Positions 34,591 to 42,357 of a stretch of 64,000 nucleotides of DNA are shown here, one piece after another. A program made the translations under genes and the position numbers. Every line of letters begins with the position of its first letter. Positions within the stretch are counted from its first letter, which is position 1. The notes under the pieces are model-generated. The model did not search any database, had not been told where the DNA came from, and saw nothing but the letters and a program-made list of their open reading frames with translations. This stretch comes from a virus: the IMG/VR virus record IMGVR_UViG_3300045988_160093; one strand, given 5' to 3'.

Positions 34591-34944
34591 CTATACTTTG
34601 AAATTGAAAATACGTTTGTTCTTCTCGTTCTCCTGCTTGATTAGGACCTTGTAAGACTCCCATTTCAATATCAGTTCCTCGAGCATCTTAAACGGTTTCT
34701 CTGTTGTTCTAACCAAAGACAAAAGAGTGTTCCGCTTCAATCCTCGGTAAAAGTGTTTCCGCTGGATTACGAAAAACTTCTCTCCGTCTCTCTGCTCGAT
34801 CGAGATGTTTTCACCCTCGATGTTGACAACTCCTGACTCCATTTCAATGGTAATATCAATCTTGTTGTTGTCCTTAATCCATTGTTGGATGTCACTCCAA
34901 CAACGGATTATCTGAATGTTCTTGTTTACGTCTGTCTTTTTCAT
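34591..34944 (-). CDS. hypothetical protein
   Basis: ATG start. Confidence 0.5.
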   Translation of the reverse strand: MKKTDVNKNIQIIRCWSDIQQWIKDNNKIDITIEMESGVVNIEGENISIEQRDGEKFFVIQRKHFYRGLKRNTLLSLVRTTEKPFKMLEELILKWESYKVLIKQENEKNKRIFNFKV

Positions 34945-35180
34945 TCTGCAAGATGATAATTAAATTCTTTCATCGCTCTTGATAGAGTCGAGAAAGGTAC
35001 GGACTGCAAAATGTGTCCTCCGTTCTCGTCGCAAAGTACTACATTGTAGTCTTCGTCAATTCCCTCTCTTGTCAAAAGGACGTACATCCCTTTGTATTTC
35101 GCATATCCTTTCTGCATTACTTCAACGTTCTGGATAGCTTCTTTCAGAACCTTTTTTCGCATTCTGTCATACATATTCAT
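34941..35180 (-). CDS. hypothetical protein
   Basis: ATGA overlaps on both sides. Confidence 0.5.
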   Translation of the reverse strand: MNMYDRMRKKVLKEAIQNVEVMQKGYAKYKGMYVLLTREGIDEDYNVVLCDENGGHILQSVPFSTLSRAMKEFNYHLAE

Positions 35181-35461
35181 TTCGTTTTGATGTTTAACTC
35201 CTTGTTGATAGTCTCTCGGATTGTCTTAGATAAATACTGTCGATACCACTTGCCGTTTTTGCTAACCTTACAGATATAGCATGAGCCTGTCTTACGGTTA
35301 ACCACTATCGGGTATGTCTTTCCGTTGGCTTCGTACTTGTAAGACGTAACAAGCGTGTCTCTTGCTGCTTTCGCCTGTACAAAGGTGTTGCCCTTTCTCG
35401 TCGTCTGCCCTGCTGCAAATATCGTGCAGAATAGGGCTACTGTCAATAGTAGATGTTTCAT
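35177..35461 (-). CDS. secreted small protein
   Basis: Signal peptide MKHLLLTVALFCTIFAAGQ. Confidence 0.55.
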   Translation of the reverse strand: MKHLLLTVALFCTIFAAGQTTRKGNTFVQAKAARDTLVTSYKYEANGKTYPIVVNRKTGSCYICKVSKNGKWYRQYLSKTIRETINKELNIKTK

Positions 35462-35637
35462 AACTCTTCCGCTTTAATGGTAGTTCCTTGATAATCGCTT
35501 GCGGTCAAGATATATTCGTCCGCTGAAGCTTTGTAATACTCTGTTGCAACTTTGTTTGTTGCGTCTTCTCTGTCTTCTGCATCGACAAAAAACTCTTTCG
35601 TCAATGTCTCGGTTACTGTTACTTTAAACTTTTTCAT
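35458..35637 (-). CDS. DpnD/PcfM-like small protein (59 aa)
   Basis: MKKFKVTVTETLTKEFFVDAEDREDATNKVATEYYK... fits the DpnD/PcfM pattern; ATGA overlap downstream. Confidence 0.5.
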   Translation of the reverse strand: MKKFKVTVTETLTKEFFVDAEDREDATNKVATEYYKASADEYILTASDYQGTTIKAEEL

Positions 35638-35721
35638 AATCTTGTATTTTAAATGTTAGAAAATTGGTAGCCAGTGGCGGTGTCGCTCCGCTTGGTTTCT
35701 CTCCCTCACTGGCTTTAGGTT

Positions 35722-35865
35722 TCATTTCAAAATCTCTTTAAGTGAGATTAGGTGCTTCTGAAGCTCTGCTAACGTTGAGAGCTGCGCTACGGTGTCACAA
35801 TAGTTCATCAGTGCTCTCACGCTCTCGTTTATAGCTTTCAATTCGGTGATTACTTCTGCTGTCAT
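35722..35865 (-). CDS. small hypothetical protein (47 aa)
   Basis: ATG at 35865 overlaps the stop of the upstream gene (ATGA). Confidence 0.4.
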   Translation of the reverse strand: MTAEVITELKAINESVRALMNYCDTVAQLSTLAELQKHLISLKEILK

Positions 35866-36134
35866 TTCTCTGTAAAAATTAAAGTTATTATATTTTCTGT
35901 TGTCACTTGCGTTATACAAACGCTCGGATCAATAGATTTCTTTCTCTCGTTGACGGTTGAGGCTATATCCTCTATCTCGCCTTCCTGCATCTTGATGTAT
36001 GCTTTGGTCTCGGTGCGGTATAGGATTGTCTTCCGTCCGTTAATCTCACCTATCAAGGTATTAATTAGCTCTCGTCCTGTGCCCTCGTCGAATATCCTCT
36101 TCAACAATGTAGGGCTTGCGCTTCTTGTTGTCAT
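35862..36134 (-). CDS. hypothetical protein
   Basis: ATGA overlaps. Confidence 0.5.
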   Translation of the reverse strand: MTTRSASPTLLKRIFDEGTGRELINTLIGEINGRKTILYRTETKAYIKMQEGEIEDIASTVNERKKSIDPSVCITQVTTENIITLIFTEK

Positions 36135-36433
36135 ACTCCGTACAGATTTACTATTATACTATAATGCCCTAAAGCATCGAAAATTCTCATGCTCGTTGCC
36201 GTTCTGCCTTTAATCTCTATATCCCTGCACCACTGCTGCACCTCCTTTATGGTTTCTTTCTTGTCGCAAATGATATTCAGAATACTGCTTTCAGGCACTA
36301 CGAATACCCTAACATTCCTGTCTATACCGACAACGCCCTGGAATGTGTACGTGTCGTTCTTCTCTTCTTTTGTAAACTTGTCGAAAAGGCTGTCAATCGC
36401 TTTTAATAGATTAATCCACGCTAAATCTTTCAT
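36131..36433 (-). CDS. hypothetical protein
   Basis: Internal ATG at 36433 (MKDLAWINLL) chosen. Confidence 0.5.
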   Translation of the reverse strand: MKDLAWINLLKAIDSLFDKFTKEEKNDTYTFQGVVGIDRNVRVFVVPESSILNIICDKKETIKEVQQWCRDIEIKGRTATSMRIFDALGHYSIIVNLYGV

Positions 36434-36447
36434 ATAGTTTCTTTTTT

Positions 36448-36669
36448 TTATCCGAACACATTGTAGAGCTTCGCCCTGCCGTGTGTCTCTCTTAGTTCTT
36501 TCAACATAGAGCGTTTCAATTCGCCCTGAAAATTCTCTCTGATGTATTTCTCGCACGTTTTCTTGTTCCAGAAATACACTACCGAATTGCCTATTCCGTT
36601 TTTCAGGCAAAACCACATCTGCCCTCCGAGAACATCGGATAGCCCTGCTTTCTGTGCTTCAAATGTCAT
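36448..36669 (-). CDS. hypothetical protein
   Basis: ATG start; about 225-nt leader from a candidate -7 box (TAGATTTG on the minus strand, 36903-36910). Confidence 0.5.
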   Translation of the reverse strand: MTFEAQKAGLSDVLGGQMWFCLKNGIGNSVVYFWNKKTCEKYIRENFQGELKRSMLKELRETHGRAKLYNVFG

Positions 36670-36973
36670 ATCCTAATCGTTATAATTTTAAGTTCAAATT
36701 AAATTGCTCGGTGTACGTTGAGCGCCCAACGTCTACAAGCATGTAGCCTAACTTCTGCGGTTAACGTCTGCATATCGACGTGTGATTTTTACGTTATCAC
36801 ACAAACGGATTACGTTGTCTCGGTTTACAGTGTTGTCTCACGATTTCCGCTTTCAGTCCTTTTTATTAATGAGGGAGTCGGCTCAAAGGGAACTTCTAAT
36901 CGCAAATCTATACCCTCCACGTGTGTAGGTAGGGTAGACGTTGCATCTACCCCGAACGGCTTAAATACCGTAT

Positions 36974-37120
36974 CTACCCTTGAAACTTGCTGCAACCGTG
37001 CAAACTCGGTGTGCCGTTGATTAGACAGGTACACTCGTCAAACTCTGGAGCTATCGGGCTGAAATAATACCTGCAAAACTTGCAATAAATGCAGCAATAC
37101 GACTGTTTCTCTGTTATCAT
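36974..37120 (-). CDS. small Cys-rich protein (48 aa, 8 Cys)
   Basis: MITEKQSYCCIYCKFCRYYF...ECTC...GC. Confidence 0.35.
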   Translation of the reverse strand: MITEKQSYCCIYCKFCRYYFSPIAPEFDECTCLINGTPSLHGCSKFQG

Positions 37121-37131
37121 AGTTATTCCTC

Positions 37132-37236
37132 CTATTCTTTCGTAAACTCGTTATAATGTCTACCTACATAAATACCCAGAATGTAGCCAACTACCATTGT
37201 GACTACAGATAACCAAATCAATAAATCAGTTGTCAT
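37132..37236 (-). CDS. small single-TM peptide (34 aa)
   Basis: MTTDLLIWLSVVTMVVGYILGIYVGRHY. Confidence 0.35.
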   Translation of the reverse strand: MTTDLLIWLSVVTMVVGYILGIYVGRHYNEFTKE

Positions 37237-37441
37237 CGACTACCCTCCCATCTATTTTTGGATATGTGGCATCAATCAATCTGCACACGTGGTCGCAACC
37301 GTCGTATCTCTCTAACGTGCCGTCCTGCTCCATTTCCTGAAGGAGTAGATATACATCACTCTTTAGTTGCTCGTTCTCTCTGCTGGCGGTGCAGCTACAC
37401 AAGCTAACAACCGCCAATGTTGCTAATACTAAGTTCTTCAT
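37226..37441 (-). CDS. small lipoprotein
   Basis: ATG at 37441; MKNLVLATLAVVSLCSC signal and lipobox. Confidence 0.55.
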   Translation of the reverse strand: MKNLVLATLAVVSLCSCTASRENEQLKSDVYLLLQEMEQDGTLERYDGCDHVCRLIDATYPKIDGRVVDDN

Positions 37442-37467
37442 ATCGTTTCTTTTTAAGTTAAATTCGT

Positions 37468-37515
37468 GCCGTGCGTGGGCTTGAACCACGGTGTGAGCCT
37501 CTATACTCTCACGGC
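37468..37515 (-). ncRNA. tRNA-like minihelix (acceptor-like stem plus perfect T-arm-like hairpin) in a 5' leader
   Basis: Minus-strand GCCGTG ... CGTGG-TTCAAGC-CCACG-CACGGC; no anticodon arm. Confidence 0.3.
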
Positions 37516-37529
37516 TAAGGGTTATCTTC

Positions 37530-37660
37530 TCGCAGGTGTCCGTATGTTAAGTATGTCAATGACCGCTTGTCTTTAGTTGACGTTGCAAAGGTATAGAAAT
37601 ATTCCGATAATACAAAAGAAAATACAGGAATAATGTAATAATTAACACGGATTTAACTAT
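37530..37660. repeat. duplicated promoter/leader cassette, copy 1
   Basis: Shares CTCGCAGGTGTC.CGTATGTTAAGTATGTCAA...GACGTTGCAAA.GTA...AATAATTAACACG with 38494-38620. Confidence 0.75.
37586..37616 (-). promoter_or_regulatory. Bacteroides-type promoter firing leftward (early operon)
   Basis: On the minus strand: TTTG (37616-37613), 19-nt spacer, TACCTTTG (37593-37586). Confidence 0.6.
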
Positions 37661-37736
37661 TATAGCCCTTGTGTTAACTTTTGTTTGTAAATATCGGGTA
37701 TATCTTATAATATTTGGTGTATTCTTATAAATTAGT

Positions 37737-37744
37737 TATCTTTG
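37737..37744 (+). promoter_or_regulatory. -7 box TATCTTTG for HTH gene A
   Basis: Lies 35 nt upstream of the ATG at 37780. Confidence 0.5.
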
Positions 37745-37779
37745 CATCCATTATTAATATAATATATATATTATATAAT

Positions 37780-38031
37780 ATGGATTTAAAGAAAGCTATT
37801 AGGGCGCATGGCTCAACAATTAGCGCTTGTGCGGATTATCTGGGTATAACACAACCGTCATTAACAGAACAAATTAAAAATGGGACTATCGGTTTAAAAC
37901 GTGTTGAACTGATAGCTAAATTTATTGGCTGTTCTCTGCCCGAACTGGTTGCAGACGATAACGACAACAACAAGTGTGAGGTTCTCTGCCCTCACTGTAA
38001 AAAACCGATAACAATCACAATATGCGGTTGA
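37780..38031 (+). CDS. XRE-HTH regulator with a C-terminal CPHC motif (paralogue A)
   Basis: ISACADYLGITQPSLTEQIKNG HTH; C-terminal VLCPHCKKPITITICG. Confidence 0.65.
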   Translation: MDLKKAIRAHGSTISACADYLGITQPSLTEQIKNGTIGLKRVELIAKFIGCSLPELVADDNDNNKCEVLCPHCKKPITITICG

Positions 38032-38032
38032 T

Positions 38033-38320
38033 ATGAGATTTAAATCAGTGCTTAAAAAATACAAGTTGACACAAAATGACTTAGCAGAGAGACTCAACAT
38101 CAATCGTGTATCAGTGTGTCGATTACTCGCAGATGATAACGACATCAGACTGTCTACAATAGTCAAGATAGCACACGCTGTAGGATGCTCCCCAGCTGAG
38201 CTAATCGATGATACAGTAGTAGAGACTACAGATGACTCTAATACTAACACTGTCGCCCTGACCTGTCCTCACTGTCACAAGAGCATCCGCCTGAGCATCC
38301 AGAGCGATGGCAACGACTAA
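38033..38320 (+). CDS. XRE-HTH regulator with a C-terminal CPHC motif (paralogue B)
   Basis: LTQNDLAERLNINRVSVCRLL HTH; C-terminal LTCPHCHKSIRLSIQSDGND is identical to paralogue C. Confidence 0.65.
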   Translation: MRFKSVLKKYKLTQNDLAERLNINRVSVCRLLADDNDIRLSTIVKIAHAVGCSPAELIDDTVVETTDDSNTNTVALTCPHCHKSIRLSIQSDGND

Positions 38321-38493
38321 TTTTGCGAAAGTGTTCAAAACTTCGCATCCGTTTCTCTTGATTTTTGTAATTTCCATATTCTTATCTCCTATATTAGTTA
38401 TACATTGTCCTCTTGTCGGTCTCGCTCCGATTATAAGGTCTACCCCTCAAGAGGTGTTAATCGTTAATCACTCTGTTATGTGTTCTCCTGCTC

Positions 38494-38620
38494 CTCGCAG
38501 GTGTCTCGTATGTTAAGTATGTCAAAGGTCGCTGTCCTAATCGACGTTGCAAATGTAGGGATAAAACCATACATCGCCAAATAATTAACACGAAAATGTA
38601 GGGATTTAACGCTAATTTAA
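38494..38620. repeat. duplicated promoter/leader cassette, copy 2
   Basis: See 37530-37660. Confidence 0.75.
38550..38581 (-). promoter_or_regulatory. second leftward Bacteroides-type promoter, antisense to HTH genes B and A
   Basis: On the minus strand: TTTG (38581-38578), 20-nt spacer, TACATTTG (38557-38550). Confidence 0.55.
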
Positions 38621-38711
38621 CTAAAACAAGATGAAATGTTAAACCCATACATAATTTATTAACACTTGCTAAACGTCGTGGTATAGGCATACATATATAA
38701 GATATAAGCTG

Positions 38712-38719
38712 TATCTTTG
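38712..38719 (+). promoter_or_regulatory. -7 box TATCTTTG for HTH gene C
   Basis: Lies 24 nt upstream of the ATG at 38744. Confidence 0.5.
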
Positions 38720-38743
38720 CCGTAATACTATAACCTTACATAT

Positions 38744-39019
38744 ATGGATATAAAAAAAATTGCTAAAGAAAAAGGCTACACGATGGCGAGAATAGCCGAC
38801 GAATTAGGGATTAACCGTGTAACCCTCGCACAATCCCTCAATGGTAATCCAACACTACACAAGTTGCAGGATATAGCTAATGTTCTGGGATGCTCTGTTG
38901 GGGACTTCTTCCGTGACGAGATGGGGGAGGATAAGTCTAACAATCCATCCGTCTCCCTGACCTGCCCTCATTGTCACAAGAGCATCCGCCTGAGCATCCA
39001 GAGCGATGGCAACGACTAA
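38744..39019 (+). CDS. XRE-HTH regulator with a C-terminal CPHC motif (paralogue C)
   Basis: YTMARIADELGINRVTLAQSLNG HTH; the last 20 aa and about 30 nt past the stop nearly repeat 38257-38350. Confidence 0.65.
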   Translation: MDIKKIAKEKGYTMARIADELGINRVTLAQSLNGNPTLHKLQDIANVLGCSVGDFFRDEMGEDKSNNPSVSLTCPHCHKSIRLSIQSDGND

Positions 39020-39029
39020 TTTTGCGAAA

Positions 39030-40010
39030 AGTGTTCTAAATTTCGCATTCGGTCTCAAAATTCTCGGGTATGTATGTTCTAAACTTCTTATTTGTAAAGA
39101 TAAAATCAAAAAGAACAATCTGCGTTAAGCCAAATGTATAAATTGTCAATCTTACACAAGTGAGACGAGAGAGACAACGACAATGAGGGACTTAATGATT
39201 TGATTGTCAAAAAAGTTGAAAAAAGGCGAGGTTAAGGGATTTTGACGAATTTTGCAAAATCTCTTCCCAACATCTGCGAGAGCGGAAAATCACACATTAT
39301 ATAATGCTAACTTAGCGCCACATACGTATTGACATTGCTGTCGTGCGTGTGTGGCGTTCTTTGTCTTCCTGTATCTCCGTGCGCCCCCAGATGTGTTTTC
39401 GCTTCTGCTTCCTCGATGCCGTACCGTGTGCCTTGTTCCCTTCCCTCCAGATGCGTTCAGGAGGGCGAAAAAAATCGAAAATCGAGCGAAAATCAATACA
39501 TAATCAATACACGATGTCGTGTGCACGTGTGTAAGTAGCTGATGTGTAGCGAGTTGGCACGTTAGGTTCTGTTCCTATTAGGAGTAACACGTGATTTTTT
39601 TTGCGACACGATACCTTCTTTTCTGCGATACATGCGTGATGTGTGCGTGTGCGATGCGAGTACGAGGGTGAGGATGGTTGCTGGCAGCACGGACACGTGG
39701 CGATGGTGTGGACGATGCGGAGCGGTGGACGGGTGGCACACGCAGGTGCATCACACGCATACCCAGACCCCCGGGGGCATAGGTACCTCGGATGCGGGTT
39801 CACTCGTAGAAAGCACACATACTTTTCAAGGGGGGGGCTATAGGTACCCCCTTAAGAGGAGGTAAGTATATATTTTTCAATTTCCTTTATGGTGTTGATA
39901 TTATACTGATTGTCAAATATTATTTCATGGTATTGGTATTTGTGAAAGCTGTTGGTGCAGGAAGGATATATAGGAGAATGTTTAAAAGGATAACATTAAA
40001 AACAGATAGA
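39030..40010. other. about 1-kb non-coding region with a GC-rich core (roughly 39330-39850)
   Basis: Only short overlapping ORFs of implausible composition; direct repeats AATCAATACA x2 (39492-39512) and GGGGGC(A/TA)TAGGTACC x2 (39773-39787, 39833-39848); CCCCCGGGGG; G8; TGATTGTCAA at 39201 and 39907. Confidence 0.5.
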
Positions 40011-40012
40011 AT

Positions 40013-40726
40013 ATGATAGCAAGGTTATTGTCATTTGATGTGGGTATAAATCCATATTGTGTAAGGAAGAAGGAGTGGGTCCAGTTAGCTACAGCCGCTA
40101 TTGGTGCTATAGGTTCGTTGATTGGCGGTGCAGCATCAGCGAAGAAGGCGAAGAAGGCGGAGTTGGAGTTAGCAGCGAAGCAGAACAGGGAGGAAGCTTG
40201 GTTTCAGCGTCGTTACAATGAGAACTATGCCGATACTGCAGCAGGCAGGGCGATGATCAACGAGGCGAAGGATTATGCTCGTGAGAATTGGAAGAAGGCG
40301 AGTGGTGCAGCAGCGGTGACGGGTGGTACGGATGCAGCTACTGCTCAGGCTAAGGAGGCTGGCAACAAGGTAGTCGGAGATGCTATTAGGAATATGGCAG
40401 CTCAGGACACTGCGAGGAAGGATTCTGCAGAGAATACCCATTTGCGTATGCAGGACAACTATTCGAATCAGAAGATAGCGTTGGCACAACAGAATGCGAG
40501 CAATGTAGCATCCACTGCTGCAGGTTTGAGTAATGCTGCTATGACTGCTGCTGCATCGTTTGGTGATGGTACGAAGAAGGCTCCCGATTTGAAGGGGGAG
40601 AGCAATGAAGGTTTGGTTACTCAGACTGGTGCTGATGGTAACACTACTGCGGTGCCGAAGGGTGGCAAGACGATATTTGAAGAGATAGACGAGAGTCCTT
40701 ATAGAGAACAGGAAAAGTATTTGTGA
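40013..40726 (+). CDS. A/K/Q-rich internal-virion/ejection-type protein candidate
   Basis: First gene of a tight three-gene module (1-nt spacers); hydrophobic AAIGAIGSLIGGAASA followed by low-complexity alpha-helical sequence. Confidence 0.55.
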   Translation: MIARLLSFDVGINPYCVRKKEWVQLATAAIGAIGSLIGGAASAKKAKKAELELAAKQNREEAWFQRRYNENYADTAAGRAMINEAKDYARENWKKASGAAAVTGGTDAATAQAKEAGNKVVGDAIRNMAAQDTARKDSAENTHLRMQDNYSNQKIALAQQNASNVASTAAGLSNAAMTAAASFGDGTKKAPDLKGESNEGLVTQTGADGNTTAVPKGGKTIFEEIDESPYREQEKYL

Positions 40727-40727
40727 T

Positions 40728-42356
40728 ATGGTGAAGAAAGAGAATACGCAGACTCCGTTAGGTACGGTAAATCCGTATGATGGCAATACGACTCCGAAGG
40801 ATAATGTGCAGAGTGGTACGACTCAGGCGCCTAATTTATGGGCTAATGGAGGCAGTGTTTTGGGCAATGCAGTGAATAATGTTTTCGGTGCTCCTCAGAC
40901 TGCTGTGAATACTCAGGCTAATGTTCAGCAGACGGGGAATGTGGTTCAGAACGGAAACACAGTTTCAAATGTAGATGCAACCTCAAACGGAAACGTAGTT
41001 CAGAATGCAGGTGCAACCCCAAATGTGGGCGCAACGCCAAACGGGAATGCCGTTGCAGAAGGTAAGGATGGGAATAATGTTCCGACCGTCACCGATGCTA
41101 AGAATGGGAGCGAAGCTCAGAATGCAGTCACTACTACTGAAGGGAACGAAGTGCAGAGTGGAGATAAATCTACTGAAGGAAATCCGCAAGAGGATGTAAA
41201 GCAGCCCGAATTGAATGAAGACGAGCAGGCTTTGCTTGCAATGCAGAATGCGTCCATGGAGGATTATAGGAAGAGATACAAGCAGGCGAGTGACATCACG
41301 CAGGGGGTTTATGATTATCTCAATGGTGGTTCCGATGCAGAGGAAGAGCCTTACAAGAAGAAGAACGAAAGCAAGAAGAAACTTTTAGCATTGGCTGACG
41401 CATTGAGACACATCGGCAATCTTTTCTACGTAAACAAGGGTGCTACTCCACAGCAGTTCAATTCGCCTGTCTTGATGCAGGAACAGCGATACCAGCAGGA
41501 GAAAGCCGAAAGAGAAAAGAAGAGGGCTTCACAAGCTAAAGCGGCAATGGACAAAGCCAAGATGGATGCTGATGCAGCGTATAAGGATGCGATGCTTGGT
41601 ATGAAGCAAAATGATTTCATGCGCAATGTCTATAACGATAATAGAAGATATGGTCTTGACAAGGATAAGTTCGCCTGGCAGAAGGATAAGGACACGCAGA
41701 GTCTCGGTTTGAAGAAGCAGGGACTTGAAGAGACCGTAAGGCACAACAAGGCGAATGAGGCACAGGGCAGGGAAAGGAATGCCATTGCCCGTCAGAGATT
41801 GGCTATAGCGAGAGCTAAGGAGGCGAGAGAGGCGAGAGATGCAGGTCCGGGTTCACTCGGTAAGGGCAGCAGAACGTTTGTTACTCCACAAGGTGTCGTA
41901 TATACATTGAGCAGAAATTACTTGCAGCCTGCAAACATTGTGACCATCTATAACAAGATGAAAGAGCATGGTTGTTTGAAGAAGGGCAGCGAGAATACAT
42001 ATAAGTTTGATTCAGACCTTTTGGAGCAATTAGGATTGGGAGGATCCGGCGGCTCTACGGCAAAGATGCTCAGCGCGATATTGTGTTCGGCTACTGATAA
42101 CCCGACGGCACATTATTGGCATTGGAAGTTGGGTTCACCGCTGGGCTACGAATACGAAGGTGGTATGAGTGACGAGCTGAAAGCTAAATTGGTCGGTACA
42201 GGCAAACCAAGGAAAGCAGCAAGCAAGCCAAAGCCAGCAAGCAGACCAGTGAGTAAGTCAGTGAGCAAGTCAGTGACTAAGCCAAAACCGAAAAAGTCTG
42301 CAAACCATCAGAATGGAGGAAGAAAGGGAAATAACCGTAGTAATTTGGTAATATAA
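40728..42356 (+). CDS. low-complexity N/G/V-repeat plus K/R/E coiled-coil protein (virion cargo candidate)
   Basis: NGNVVQN-type repeats at the N-terminus, basic tail KPKPASRPVSKSVSKSVTKPKPKK. Confidence 0.55.
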   Translation: MVKKENTQTPLGTVNPYDGNTTPKDNVQSGTTQAPNLWANGGSVLGNAVNNVFGAPQTAVNTQANVQQTGNVVQNGNTVSNVDATSNGNVVQNAGATPNVGATPNGNAVAEGKDGNNVPTVTDAKNGSEAQNAVTTTEGNEVQSGDKSTEGNPQEDVKQPELNEDEQALLAMQNASMEDYRKRYKQASDITQGVYDYLNGGSDAEEEPYKKKNESKKKLLALADALRHIGNLFYVNKGATPQQFNSPVLMQEQRYQQEKAEREKKRASQAKAAMDKAKMDADAAYKDAMLGMKQNDFMRNVYNDNRRYGLDKDKFAWQKDKDTQSLGLKKQGLEETVRHNKANEAQGRERNAIARQRLAIARAKEAREARDAGPGSLGKGSRTFVTPQGVVYTLSRNYLQPANIVTIYNKMKEHGCLKKGSENTYKFDSDLLEQLGLGGSGGSTAKMLSAILCSATDNPTAHYWHWKLGSPLGYEYEGGMSDELKAKLVGTGKPRKAASKPKPASRPVSKSVSKSVTKPKPKKSANHQNGGRKGNNRSNLVI

Positions 42357-42357
42357 T

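Noticed and set aside
37894-39118. Minus-strand ORFs antisense to the HTH paralogues (118 aa, 87 aa and a 58-aa ORF with an AGGAG box)
   Set aside because: Their only conserved part is the mirror image of the conserved C-terminus of the HTH genes, so the conservation is explained by the sense strand.
39290-39865. Six overlapping 60-104 aa ORFs in the GC-rich island
   Set aside because: They overlap each other on both strands and are rich in R/C/H/T, which is unlike the other proteins here. I treat the region as non-coding.
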